Source: an uncultured Actinomycetes bacterium
GTDB lineage: Bacteria > Actinomycetota > UBA4738 > HRBIN12
DNA: 64,000 nt
Assembly (NCBI GenBank): GCA_964447335.1
Contig: CAYUSA010000009.1
Location: forward strand, 3,345 to 67,344
Direction: 5' to 3'
Shown here: piece by piece, positions 34,345 to 43,289 of the stretch
How the letters are laid out: each line of letters starts with the position of its first letter
Position numbering within the stretch: the stretch's first letter is position 1
Notes under the pieces: model-generated
What the model was told of the DNA's origin: nothing
What the model saw: only the letters and a program-made list of their open reading frames with translations
The model's database searches: none
Position numbers and translations under genes: made by a program

Positions 34345-35812
34345 CACTTCCCATGTCAACCTCACGCTGCTTCGAGGAGGACCGCAGCCCCGTGAAGGGT
34401 CGGGTCGTAGGGGGTGCGGTCCTGCCAGCACCGCCAGATGACCCGCACCCAGGCCCGGGCCAAGATCCGCACGGCATGGGGATGATCGCAGCCGCGAGCG
34501 ATGGCCCGGCGGTAGACCTCAGCGGCTCAGGGCGAGGCGTGCCGGGAGTTGTCGGCGAACGTTGTGATGGCCTCCCGCAGGCGCTTGTTGCAGGCCCACC
34601 GGAAGCTCACGTCGCGATGCTTACCGGAGGTGTGGGTGACCGGGCAGAGCCCTCCCAGCATGGCTACCGAGTCGGGGCAGGGGTACGCTTCCCGGCAGTC
34701 GCCCCACTCGGCGAGCATCTGGGCGGCGTTGATCCGACCGGAGCGTGGCAGCGACGTGAAGACCTCGGCGTCCGGGTGCTCACCAAGGTGGGCGACGACG
34801 GCCCGGTCCAGCTCCTTGATCGAGCGCAGCAGCGATCGCATCACCCGGGCCATGGAGCGCACCGCGTCGGACCGGGCCTCGGCCTCAACGCCCACGATGC
34901 CCTCGGGCGCCGCCCGGAGCCTTGCAAGCAGCTCGGCGGGGGGTCTCCTCCCGCTGTAGCCGGCCTTCTTGAGGAAGCTCTCAAGCCTCAGCTCTCCGAG
35001 GTTGGCGGCCGACTCCGGGGTGGGGTAGCGCTCCAGGAACGACAGGCAGATCTCCGAGGCCACGTCGGCGAAGATCACCGCCGCTCCCGGCCAGAAGGCC
35101 TCCAGGCACGCCCGGAGCTGGTTGCCGAGAGCCACCCGCTGATCCACGAGGTCGTCGCGAGCTCTGACCACCGAGCGAAGGGCCCGGGTCTCATCCGACA
35201 GCGGCTCCAGGCGCCTCAGGCGGTGACCGTCGGTTCGCACCACGTCGGCGATGACGTAGGCATCCCCGGGGTCGGACTTGGCCCCGCTGACGGCGTAGCG
35301 GCGGCGCAGGTCCTTCATGGCGAAGGTCGGGATCAGCACGATCGGGTAGCCGGCCTCCAGGATGGCATCGACCAGCCGTCCCTCGGGGCGCTCGATGCCC
35401 ACGAGGATCTCTCCTTGGCAGGACCAGCGAACGAGGTGCTTGGTGAGCTCGTCGAAGCCCTGTTGCGAGTGGGCCACGGTGGCTCGCCCGCAGATCTTGC
35501 CAGCCGAGTCCACCACGCAGACGTCGTGGGACTCCGCTGCCCAGTCGATGCCGACGAACATCAGACCTCCCTTCGATCGGGGGGCCGTCCCGGTGGCGGA
35601 AGCGCGCGGCGGTTCATTACTGACTGGCGCTCGAGGCGCGTCTTCCCATGGCCGCTCTGCGCTCCCGGGGGCCGGCGGGGGTGGCGGTATCAGACTGGCC
35701 CTCGAGGGGCGATGGCCATTGGCCCTTCCCCCGCCGGTCACCGGGTCGCCGGGAGCATGCACCCGGGAAGCAGCGATTCCTCGGAACCTCACGCAAGAAG
35801 GGTGGACCAGTA
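34345..35812 (-). mobile_element. IS110-family insertion sequence (~1.4 kb) sitting between the creatininase and C-N hydrolase genes
   Basis: The 1468-bp gap between two operon genes holds a single minus-strand IS110-type transposase. IS110 elements lack terminal inverted repeats, so the exact ends are not defined. Confidence 0.6.
34527..35561 (-). CDS. IS110-family transposase (DEDD)
   Basis: MFVGIDWAAESHDVCVVDSAGK...GIERPEG...KSDPGDAYVIADV...(DEDD_Tnp_IS110), with C-terminal ...LTSLPGIG-like SLPRSGRINAAQMLAEWGD.... GGAGG RBS 6 nt upstream. Confidence 0.85.
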   Translation of the reverse strand: MFVGIDWAAESHDVCVVDSAGKICGRATVAHSQQGFDELTKHLVRWSCQGEILVGIERPEGRLVDAILEAGYPIVLIPTFAMKDLRRRYAVSGAKSDPGDAYVIADVVRTDGHRLRRLEPLSDETRALRSVVRARDDLVDQRVALGNQLRACLEAFWPGAAVIFADVASEICLSFLERYPTPESAANLGELRLESFLKKAGYSGRRPPAELLARLRAAPEGIVGVEAEARSDAVRSMARVMRSLLRSIKELDRAVVAHLGEHPDAEVFTSLPRSGRINAAQMLAEWGDCREAYPCPDSVAMLGGLCPVTHTSGKHRDVSFRWACNKRLREAITTFADNSRHASP

Positions 35813-36640
35813 ATGCTCGTCGCGGTGGCGCAGATGCACTCCACCTCCGACAAGGAGCGGAACGTGGACCGTGCCGTCGGGTTCGTCGACGAGGCGGCGG
35901 GGCGTGGGGCCGGGCTCGTGCTGCTGCCCGAGTATGCGGTGTACCTCGGTCCCGAGGAGGGGTACACGGCCGTCGCCGAGCCCATCCCCGGGCCGACCAC
36001 GGAACGCCTTGGCGAGGCGGCCCGGCGTCACGGCATGTACGTATGCGTCGGAACGATCATCGAGCCCTCCACGGAGGGAAGGTTCTTCAACACGAGCGTG
36101 CTCATCGACCCGGCCGGGACGGTGGTGGCGACCTACCGCAAGATCCACCTGTTCGACATCGACGTGCCCGGGGAGGCCACCGACACCGAGTCCGCCTACA
36201 TGGATGCGGGTGATCGCCTCGTCGTCGTGCAGACGCCGGGGCTCACGCTCGGGATGTCGATCTGCTTCGACGTCCGCTTCCCCGAGCTGTATCGGGCGCT
36301 CGCGGCGGCGGGCGCGAACGTGCTGACCGTGCCCTCGGCCTTCACGGTCCCGACCGGCCGCGCGCATTGGGAGGTGCTGCTCCGGGCTCGGGCGATCGAG
36401 AACCACGCGTACGTGCTCGCCGCCGGGCAGCACGGCACGACGCCGGACGGCATCGCGACCTACGGGCACAGCATGATCGTCGACCCCTGGGGCCGGGTCC
36501 TACGCGAGATGCCCGAAGGTGTGGGGATCCTCGTGGCGGACATCGATGTCGATGAGGCGGTCCGCCGCCGTGGCCAGATCCCGGTGCTCGACCTGCGGCG
36601 GCCCGAGCTCTACGAGAAGGTCACGACGATCCGTGGATGA
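35813..36640 (+). CDS. Carbon-nitrogen hydrolase family protein (Nit/omega-amidase-like)
   Basis: MLVAVAQMHSTSDKERN...LLPEYAVY (catalytic Glu), ...YRKIHLFD (Lys), ...GMSICFDVRFPE (catalytic Cys). Confidence 0.8.
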   Translation: MLVAVAQMHSTSDKERNVDRAVGFVDEAAGRGAGLVLLPEYAVYLGPEEGYTAVAEPIPGPTTERLGEAARRHGMYVCVGTIIEPSTEGRFFNTSVLIDPAGTVVATYRKIHLFDIDVPGEATDTESAYMDAGDRLVVVQTPGLTLGMSICFDVRFPELYRALAAAGANVLTVPSAFTVPTGRAHWEVLLRARAIENHAYVLAAGQHGTTPDGIATYGHSMIVDPWGRVLREMPEGVGILVADIDVDEAVRRRGQIPVLDLRRPELYEKVTTIRG

Positions 36641-37791
36641 GCGAGATGAACGCTTCTAGATCGCAGGGAGCCGCCGCGGGGCGGGAGACGACCGCACCTG
36701 GGGCCGAGGTGCCGGCCGTCGAGCTGATCGGCGTCTCGAAGCGCTTCGACGAGGTGCTGGCGGTCGACGACGTCTCGCTTCGGATCCGCCAGAACGAGTT
36801 CTTCTCGATCCTCGGCCCGTCTGGGTGCGGCAAGACGACGATCATGCGGATGATCGCCGGCTTCGAGGTCCCCTCGGTCGGCGAGGTCCGGCTCATGAAC
36901 GAGGATCAGGGAGGCAAGCCCCCGAACCTGCGCAACCTCAACATGGTGTTCCAGAACTACGCGATCTTCCCGCACCTGGACGTTCATGAGAACGTCGCCT
37001 TCGAGCTGAAGGTGCGGCGGTGGCCGAAAGCCGACATCGAGCCCCGGGTGACCGAGGCCCTGCGGCTCGTCCGCCTGACTGGCTTCGAGCGCCGCAAGCC
37101 GTCTCAGCTCTCGGGTGGCCAGCGCCAGCGGGTGGCCCTGGCTCGAGCGCTCGTCGGGCGCCCCGCGGTGCTCCTGCTGGACGAGCCGCTCGGCGCGCTC
37201 GACCAGAAGCTCCGCAAAGAGATGCAGATCGAGTTGAAGCGGCTCCAGCGAGAGGTCGGCATCACCTTCGTCTACGTCACCCACGACCAGGAAGAAGCGC
37301 TCACGATGTCGGATCGGATCGCGGTGATGAACGCGGGCCGCGTACTGCAGGCCGACACGCCTCGGGCGCTGTACGAGCTTCCCGCCACGAGGTTCGTCGC
37401 GGACTTCATCGGCGCGTCGAACCTGGTCGAGGGGCACCTGGCGGCGTCGGATCACGACCTTGCCGAGGTGGAGATCGACGGCGTCGGCACCGTGCGATGC
37501 GCCCCGAACCCTGAGGCGCAGGTCGGCGACGAGGTGACGATCGCGATCCGGCCCGAGCGCCTGAGGCTCGCCCGGGGTCCCGCGGCGAACGGCGAGAACC
37601 ACCTCCGCGGAACGGTGCGAGACGTGGTGTTCGTCGGCAACGACACGCAGTACTTCGTGACCCTGGGGAACGGCCAGGACATCACCGTGCGAGAGCAGAA
37701 CGCCGCTCCTTCGCTGACGGACGACGTTCGGCCGGGGCAGCCGGTCGACGTGGCCTGGGCCGTCGCGAGCACGAGGTTGTTGACCGATTGA
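36637..37791 (+). CDS. ABC transporter ATP-binding protein (PotA-like, with a C-terminal TOBE/MOP domain)
   Basis: Walker A GPSGCGKTT, signature LSGGQRQRVALARAL, Walker B LLLDEPLGALD and a C-terminal transport-associated OB domain. The start overlaps the hydrolase stop (ATGA). Confidence 0.85.
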   Translation: MSEMNASRSQGAAAGRETTAPGAEVPAVELIGVSKRFDEVLAVDDVSLRIRQNEFFSILGPSGCGKTTIMRMIAGFEVPSVGEVRLMNEDQGGKPPNLRNLNMVFQNYAIFPHLDVHENVAFELKVRRWPKADIEPRVTEALRLVRLTGFERRKPSQLSGGQRQRVALARALVGRPAVLLLDEPLGALDQKLRKEMQIELKRLQREVGITFVYVTHDQEEALTMSDRIAVMNAGRVLQADTPRALYELPATRFVADFIGASNLVEGHLAASDHDLAEVEIDGVGTVRCAPNPEAQVGDEVTIAIRPERLRLARGPAANGENHLRGTVRDVVFVGNDTQYFVTLGNGQDITVREQNAAPSLTDDVRPGQPVDVAWAVASTRLLTD

Positions 37792-37878
37792 TCCGGTGTT
37801 GCCCTCTTCCATTGCCCGTCCTTGGATCGCGGACGGCTTCATGCGGATTCCTCGCGAGCCGATACTTGCTCGTGATCG

Positions 37879-38556
37879 GTGTTCTCCACAGCGGCAACGT
37901 CGACCACGTCGTGGTCGGACCGACCGGCATCTCCCCACCGGTACGGCCCCCTTCGCCCGCACTACGTGAAGAGCGAGGGGCAGAACGAGGCGTCCACGTC
38001 CGGGTCGGATCACGCCAGGAAGGTTCCCTTCGGGAGCTCGCGCCCCGGCTCGTGGGCAGCGGCCGTGGTCGCGGTGGAGGGGATGGGCGACGTGACCGCC
38101 GTCTCGCTTTACGGCCTGCTCGACGAGCTCAGTGACGCCTCCGTACATCGCTCGCTCTCGGAGGTGAGCCCGGTCTTCGACGACGACCGCTACGACCGGC
38201 TGGTGCTCCTCGGTGGCGACCTCAACACGTGGACCGGGTGGAATGCTCGAAGGGAAGCTCGACACTTGGCGCGCGATCGTGCCGTGCTCGAGCGGATCCG
38301 TGCGTACGGTCTGGTCGATTGCCTCGAGCGGGTCCGGCCTCCCGGTCGTCTGGAGGGCTGCACGTGCAGCCTCGGCGAGGACTGCGCCCACACGTGGACC
38401 CGAATCGATCCGCGCCATCCGCGCATCCGGTACCAGATGGACTACCTGTTCGCGTCACCTGCCCTGGCGGACCGGCTGGTGCACTGCGAGGCGCTCTCGC
38501 CAACCGAGTGGAGCCGGTTCAGCGACCACAGCCCGATCGTCGCAACGTTCGCGTGA
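37879..38556 (+). CDS. Endonuclease/exonuclease/phosphatase (EEP) family protein; the N-terminus may be truncated or frameshifted
   Basis: C-terminal EEP motifs are present: ...LVLLGGDLNTW...RIDYLFASPALADRLV...SDHSPIVATFA. The expected N-terminal third of the domain is not found in frame. Confidence 0.5.
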   Translation: MFSTAATSTTSWSDRPASPHRYGPLRPHYVKSEGQNEASTSGSDHARKVPFGSSRPGSWAAAVVAVEGMGDVTAVSLYGLLDELSDASVHRSLSEVSPVFDDDRYDRLVLLGGDLNTWTGWNARREARHLARDRAVLERIRAYGLVDCLERVRPPGRLEGCTCSLGEDCAHTWTRIDPRHPRIRYQMDYLFASPALADRLVHCEALSPTEWSRFSDHSPIVATFA

Positions 38557-38628
38557 TCTTGGCCTGTGGTTCTCACACCGTCGCCGCGTGGTCGGGCGAC
38601 ACGCGGTCCACGCCCCCGGGTGTCGGGG

Positions 38629-39315
38629 TCAGTCCTTCGGTTCCGTCGTACTCGAGCCCAGGACCGCGCGGACGAGCGCCACGACGCGTGCCGGGTTCGG
38701 GGCGTTCAGCACGAGCGTCCGCCCGGCCATCACCGCCTGCACCCCCGGGGCCGCCGTGCTGCCGAACGCGCTTCGGACGATCTCGGCCGCTGCCTGCGCA
38801 GGTCCGCGGGATGCGTCCGGGCCCAGGCCTGCGCGTCTCGCGATCTCGAGAGCGCGCCAGACGTCGACCGCGTCCCGGTCCTGCAGCCGCAGGCCCCAGA
38901 CGTGGGCACGCAGGATCACGCAGCCCACCTCGTCGGGCAGCACCACCTGGATGTCGGCGGCCTCGCCGTTCAAGCGGATCAACCGGAGCTGGGCAGTAAC
39001 CGTCGCCCTCATGGCGATCGCGAGCCCCGGAACCTCCGTCACGACGAACGCCCCGAGCGGCACGTTCTCGCGAGCCCGGCTCGTGAATGCCGGCGCCAAC
39101 AACTCGATCTGCGCGACCGGTGGATCACCCTCGCTCATCCCGACCGGGATGTCCAGGACGGGCTTCCCGAACGTGTTCCCCGACGTGCGTGAGTAGCCCA
39201 GCTGCTCGATCCGTGGCAGGAGGCTCTCATCCTTCAGGCCCACAAGCGTGACGCCGGTGTCGGCGTCGCGGGACTCCCGATACAGCTCGGCTCCTAGCCC
39301 CCCATCGGTAGGCAT
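38629..39315 (-). CDS. Hypothetical protein, a possible functional partner of the upstream COG5340-like regulator
   Basis: 228-aa ORF 132 bp downstream of the 39448..40485 gene on the same strand. It shows no clear NTase G-x(n)-DxD motif. Confidence 0.4.
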   Translation of the reverse strand: MPTDGGLGAELYRESRDADTGVTLVGLKDESLLPRIEQLGYSRTSGNTFGKPVLDIPVGMSEGDPPVAQIELLAPAFTSRARENVPLGAFVVTEVPGLAIAMRATVTAQLRLIRLNGEAADIQVVLPDEVGCVILRAHVWGLRLQDRDAVDVWRALEIARRAGLGPDASRGPAQAAAEIVRSAFGSTAAPGVQAVMAGRTLVLNAPNPARVVALVRAVLGSSTTEPKD

Positions 39316-39447
39316 GGAGGGTCACCATCTGTCCGCCGATCAGAACTGCCTGGGGCTCCCGGGCGCGGAAGAACAGTTGCTCGAGGTCGCGAAGGGCCAC
39401 GAAGGCGAGATCCTGCGCCACCGAATCGGCCTGCAGCACGAGGCGTG

Positions 39448-40485
39448 TCAGCGGGAGCGCAGGATCCACGCCCTCAGCTCCTCGAGCTGTTCGAGGCGAT
39501 CGTCGCCTCCGAGTCGCTGCAGATCCCAGGCAACCTGGGTGGGTTCGGCGAGCGAGATGGCATGTGCCACCGCGGATGGCTGCAACGGCTCGACGGGGAA
39601 GACCGACGTGTCGACTGGTCTGATCACGGTCACGTTCGCGTCGGCCTCAGCAGTCGTGGCGACCAGCGCGTCGTTCTCGTCGATCGACCCCTGGCGCACG
39701 TAGGCGACGAGATGCGAAGGGCGCCGGTGCGGAGCGAGCAGATCCGCGGCCACGTCGCCTGAGATCACGGGCTCGAGCTCAGGGCGATCGGCGATCGCCC
39801 GCGTCGCCGCGCCGAGATCGAGGGCGTAGAACCAGCGATGGTCGCCCCTCGGCCCCGGGTACTCGGCGAGGAAGAGATCGAGCAGCGTGACCCTGTCCAC
39901 ATCCCAGGTGTTGTCCGGGCCCTTCGAGACGTATCCATGGGTACGCAGCTGATGGAGCACCTGTGAGGTGCGGGGCGCCGAGATCCCGGCGGCGCGGGAG
40001 AGCGTGGACGTCCGGACGGGGTCGGGCGGGCGTGCGATGAGCGTTCGAACCACTCGCAGCCCTGCCCACCCTCTCGGCAGTGCGTTCGACGAGCGCCTGC
40101 CCTCACCCCTAGCCTTGGGGACCCGGTTCCGCAGCACGATGCCCTTTGCGCGCAGATCGAAGTTCCCGAGTTCGTCTACCCAGGACCACGCATGCGCCGT
40201 AAGGGCGCGTCCTTGGCCGTCCGTGATGCGCGGCGCGTAGAGCAGCGGGTTGCCCCAACGGCGCAGACGATCCCTCAGGGGGTCGAGCCGCGGCGTCTGC
40301 GCCGGGTAGGGAGCAGGCGACCTCACCTCGACCGCGAAGCGCGTTGCGTGACCTCCGACGTCGATCTGCACCACGAAGTCAGGCCGCGACCCCCGGGCAG
40401 GATCGACGGGGGCTGCCTGTCGGGTGGGCCTCGAGAGCGAGACGCCGGCCTCTCGGAAAGCTTCGACCACAACGGAGTTAAACAC
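39448..40485 (-). CDS. COG5340/AbiEi-like winged-HTH regulator, paralogous to 15135..16226
   Basis: Same N-domain/wHTH/C-domain layout (wHTH: LRVVRTLIARPPDPVRTSTLSRAAGISAPRTSQVLHQLRTHGYVS). I placed the start at GTG 40485 because a consensus promoter and operator lie immediately upstream; the longer ORF extension would overlap them and the RHH gene. Confidence 0.55.
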   Translation of the reverse strand: MFNSVVVEAFREAGVSLSRPTRQAAPVDPARGSRPDFVVQIDVGGHATRFAVEVRSPAPYPAQTPRLDPLRDRLRRWGNPLLYAPRITDGQGRALTAHAWSWVDELGNFDLRAKGIVLRNRVPKARGEGRRSSNALPRGWAGLRVVRTLIARPPDPVRTSTLSRAAGISAPRTSQVLHQLRTHGYVSKGPDNTWDVDRVTLLDLFLAEYPGPRGDHRWFYALDLGAATRAIADRPELEPVISGDVAADLLAPHRRPSHLVAYVRQGSIDENDALVATTAEADANVTVIRPVDTSVFPVEPLQPSAVAHAISLAEPTQVAWDLQRLGGDDRLEQLEELRAWILRSR

Positions 40486-40521
40486 ATGGCGTATATTAAG
40501 CGTGTTGCTTAATGCTGTCAA
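40486..40521 (-). promoter_or_regulatory. Promoter TTGACA-N17-TAATAT with a perfect TTAAGC-N5-GCTTAA operator palindrome (40496-40512) and a leaderless GTG 8 nt downstream
   Basis: Read on the minus strand: TTGACA gcattaagcaacacgct TAATAT acgccat GTG. The -35 is at 40516-40521 and the -10 at 40493-40498. The palindrome overlaps the -10 and the spacer. Confidence 0.5.
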
Positions 40522-40558
40522 GACATGGAAGTTCCCGCGGATCCGCAGGGGGTCTCGA

Positions 40559-40831
40559 TCAGCTCGCCACGTACTTCTGCAGCGCCTCGCGAGCGACCTC
40601 ACTCACCGTCCGCCCCTCAGCCTTCGCCTTCTTCTTGGTGCGATCGAAGAGGGCCGGCGCCACTCGGTAGCTGATCCTCGGCGATTCCCCCTCTGCAAGT
40701 GAGGGACGACCGGGCCCGACCCGCTGGCGCTTGGCCTTGGAAAGGTCGTATCCGGCCTCCGCCTCCGCCGCGAGGTTGTCGACGGCGGCCTTCGAGAGCT
40801 TCATCCCCTTCTTGGACTTCAGATCCGCCAT
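40559..40831 (-). CDS. Ribbon-helix-helix (CopG/ParD-like) DNA-binding protein with antitoxin-like character
   Basis: The C-terminal ...PRISYRVAPALFDRTKKKAKAEGRTVSEVAREALQKYVAS is an RHH fold. No cognate toxin gene lies adjacent; a 72-bp gap separates it from the COG5340-like gene. Confidence 0.55.
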   Translation of the reverse strand: MADLKSKKGMKLSKAAVDNLAAEAEAGYDLSKAKRQRVGPGRPSLAEGESPRISYRVAPALFDRTKKKAKAEGRTVSEVAREALQKYVAS

Positions 40832-41126
40832 CTCTTCGCCTCCTTAGTACTGCGGCCGGTATCGTTCTCTCAGTTGTCCCGCTGGCGGAGCAACGCGGAA
40901 CACCAGACCGCGATGCTCGATCACGAAAGCGCTCCGCGCCCGTGCCACTCGATGCTTCGTTGCAGACCTCGCCCACCTGATCATGACCCGGACGGAAGGC
41001 TAGCACGATTCTGTCGGACAGAACCGCGCGCCGACTGGACGTTCGAGGCGCGGTAGGGATGAAAGTGCGGGGATCCCTGCAGCATCGCAGGAGCGTCTGG
41101 GCGAACCACCGTGGCAGACTGTCCTC

Positions 41127-41405
41127 GTGGACGACGAGGAGCTTCTGGCCCAAGCGGAGCAAGCCCTGACCGAGATCAAGATCGGCCAGGGGCTGTCTGA
41201 GCGCCACGCCTCGGTGCTGGCCGCGTTGCGCATCCGGCTGAAGGGGAGCGCCGGGAAGTCGCTGGAGGAATTGCTCGAGGCTGCGGGCGATCTTCGGCCG
41301 GACAGCCTTGAGGAGAAGATGGCGGAGGCCGAGCGCGAGCGCAAGCCCTCGTTGGATGACCTGATGACCAAGGAGCCGAAGCCGAAGCGCGACTGGCCCT
41401 CCTGA
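41127..41405 (+). CDS. Hypothetical small acidic helical protein
   Basis: 92-aa ORF with GTG start and charged, helical composition (EELLAQAEQALTEIKIGQGLSERHASVLAALRIRLKG...). No family recognised. Confidence 0.3.
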   Translation: MDDEELLAQAEQALTEIKIGQGLSERHASVLAALRIRLKGSAGKSLEELLEAAGDLRPDSLEEKMAEAERERKPSLDDLMTKEPKPKRDWPS

Positions 41406-41677
41406 TGGGGGCACTCAACCCACAGACCCAATAGCCCGTGCATGGGCCCGCCGACACACGGTCTTCGTGTTCGCGTGTCTTGCGGTCCGCGGATCGTCAG
41501 CCTGCAGGTTCCGCTTCGGAAGATCGCCACACGACCACCGTCCGTACCTCCTTGAGGACGTCCTCGAACGGGGGCAGGTCTTTCCTCTGATAGCCGAGTC
41601 GCTGGGTCCACGCCTCCTCGAGGCTCGTCGCTCGATCGACGGACGCCGCCATCGGCGGACGAGCTCACGACGGCCGA

Positions 41678-42532
41678 TCATGTCCTCGCCGCCTCGATGA
41701 GCTGGTCTGGGTCGGCGTTCACGTCGAGCTCCCAGCGCTTGTTCCGTTCGAGCACTTCGTCACGGCCGGGCACGAGGCGCGTGTACGTCTTGAGGCGCGG
41801 GGCATGCGCTTCGAGCTCGCGCATGAGCCGCGGATCGCCGTACCCGACGATCTCCAGGAGGAACCCGAGGCGTTTGGTCGCGACCGGCTGGTCCAGCTCG
41901 ACCACGTAGCGGAGCAGGCGCTCTCGGTCCAGGTCGTCGTGGCGGCGAGCGAACCCGCGGACCACCTCCTCGATACCCCCGCAGAGGTCCATCCGGTCGA
42001 CCGCGTCGAGGAACGTCCGCTCGAGATCCGCGACCTCGACGGTCTTCCCACGCTCCACTTGGCGTGGCTCGTGCCCGAACCGGAACTTCGCCCGAGGGAG
42101 ACGCGCGAACTCGATGGTCACGGGCCCGACGTCGACATCTGCGATGCGCTCGGTGGTCGCGACGATGACCGTCGCGAGCGGATGCTGGATCATCCGATGC
42201 AGATCCATCGCCGTGTAGTAGGCGAGGAAGTAGGGGTTGGGGCCGGCGAGGTGCTTCGCGACCAGATGCCAGTTCGCGACCACCGGTGTGCCGGGACGGC
42301 CCCAGTGGTTCGGTGCGAGGGGGACGTATACACCGGGCTTCACGCGATGGGCCTGGTTCTTCGCGCCCATCCGCCACGTGAGCTCACGTGCCACCTTGCG
42401 TGGCACGTCGAACCGCTCGACCAGGTCGTCGATCGTGAAGACGTCGAGGTCCTGATCTGCCACCCAGGCGAGGACGTCCTGGGTTCGAAGACGAGGGTGC
42501 CGCCGTTCCACAAGGTGACAGTACGCCGGCAC
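41678..42532 (-). CDS. AbiEi/COG5340-like transcriptional regulator with no AbiEii partner downstream
   Basis: N-terminal wHTH (DQDLDVFTIDDLVERFDVPRKVARELTWRMGAKNQAHRVKPGVYVPL) plus a conserved C-domain (...ATVIVATTERIADVDVGPVTIEFARLP...). The downstream same-strand ORF is low-complexity and I rejected it. Confidence 0.6.
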   Translation of the reverse strand: MPAYCHLVERRHPRLRTQDVLAWVADQDLDVFTIDDLVERFDVPRKVARELTWRMGAKNQAHRVKPGVYVPLAPNHWGRPGTPVVANWHLVAKHLAGPNPYFLAYYTAMDLHRMIQHPLATVIVATTERIADVDVGPVTIEFARLPRAKFRFGHEPRQVERGKTVEVADLERTFLDAVDRMDLCGGIEEVVRGFARRHDDLDRERLLRYVVELDQPVATKRLGFLLEIVGYGDPRLMRELEAHAPRLKTYTRLVPGRDEVLERNKRWELDVNADPDQLIEAART

Positions 42533-42733
42533 CGACCCGATGTCAATGCTGCCGTCTGCGTACTCGCAGATAGCGAGTCAGTGGGCCAGCGTGTTGCGAA
42601 ACCTACGTATCTGAGGTCCTGCAACTCGCGTCTGTGAACATCTGCAACGCGCGCGACGACGCGATGGCCATGGGCTATCCCTCGTCCCTCACCACGGCGA
42701 AGTCACTCATCCCTCGCACCCCCTCCCGACACT

Positions 42734-42748
42734 CGGTTCAACGAACCG
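42734..42748. repeat. Palindrome CGGTTC-AAC-GAACCG (copy 2 of the GGTTCAAYGAACCGCG motif)
   Basis: Lies in the intergenic region ~200 bp upstream of the orphan AbiEi-like gene. It matches the motif at 17274-17286. Confidence 0.3.
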
Positions 42749-42812
42749 CGGTTCCAGCTTGGCGTCTTCGGGGGTAGTCCTCAGGCAAGGTGATCCGGAT
42801 CGGCAAGGTTCC

Positions 42813-43289
42813 TCAGACCTGCCTCGGGACCTTGCCAGTCATGGTGAACCAGAACCGCATCGCCTTGTGTCCGCCGTCGGCGGTGGGGTCGAACATCAAG
42901 GGGCAGCCTCCGTCGATCACCGTGATTCCCCGCTGCCGTCCGTATCCCGCCGCCGCCTCGGAGACGCTGCCGGTCCCGAAGGCGCGATGCATCCACACGT
43001 GCTCGATGCCGAGGTCGGCACACTCGCGCATGGTGGCCTCCGCGGTCTCGGGCCTGGTTCCGATCACGACCGCGTCGATGCCGCCGGGGATCGATGCAAG
43101 GTCGTGGTAGCAGGGGTCGCCTTCGACCTCGTCCGCGTTCGGGTTGACCGCGAAGACCTCGTAGCCCCGCTCCCGCAGCCGCTGGTACACGATGTTGCTG
43201 CCGTGGCCCTTCGGGTCCCTGGAGACCCCGGTCACCGCGACCCGCTCGTTGGCCAGGAACTCGGACGCGGCCTGTTTGACGTTCGCCAC
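42813..43289 (-). CDS. CoA-binding domain protein (YccU/YneT family)
   Basis: ...ERVAVTGVSRDPKGHGSNIVYQRLRERGYEVFAVNPN...IDAVVIGTRPE... is a CoA-binding Rossmann-like fold. Confidence 0.8.
   Translation of the reverse strand: MANVKQAASEFLANERVAVTGVSRDPKGHGSNIVYQRLRERGYEVFAVNPNADEVEGDPCYHDLASIPGGIDAVVIGTRPETAEATMRECADLGIEHVWMHRAFGTGSVSEAAAGYGRQRGITVIDGGCPLMFDPTADGGHKAMRFWFTMTGKVPRQV

Noticed and set aside
34353-35813. 486-aa plus-strand ORF across the IS110 element
   Set aside because: It is antisense to a well-formed IS110 transposase (MFVGIDWA..., DEDD motifs, strong RBS). Its composition is low-complexity.
37788-38135. 115-aa plus-strand ORF (…VIGVLHSGNVDHVVVGPTGI…) as a possible missing N-terminus of the EEP protein
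   Set aside because: The sequence does not match the EEP N-terminal motifs convincingly. It is left as an open question and not annotated.
40617-41414. 265-aa minus-strand ORF downstream of the orphan AbiEi-like gene, as a candidate AbiEii partner
   Set aside because: Its translation is Arg/Leu/Gly-rich with no nucleotidyltransferase motif. It overlaps a more protein-like small plus-strand ORF (41127..41405).
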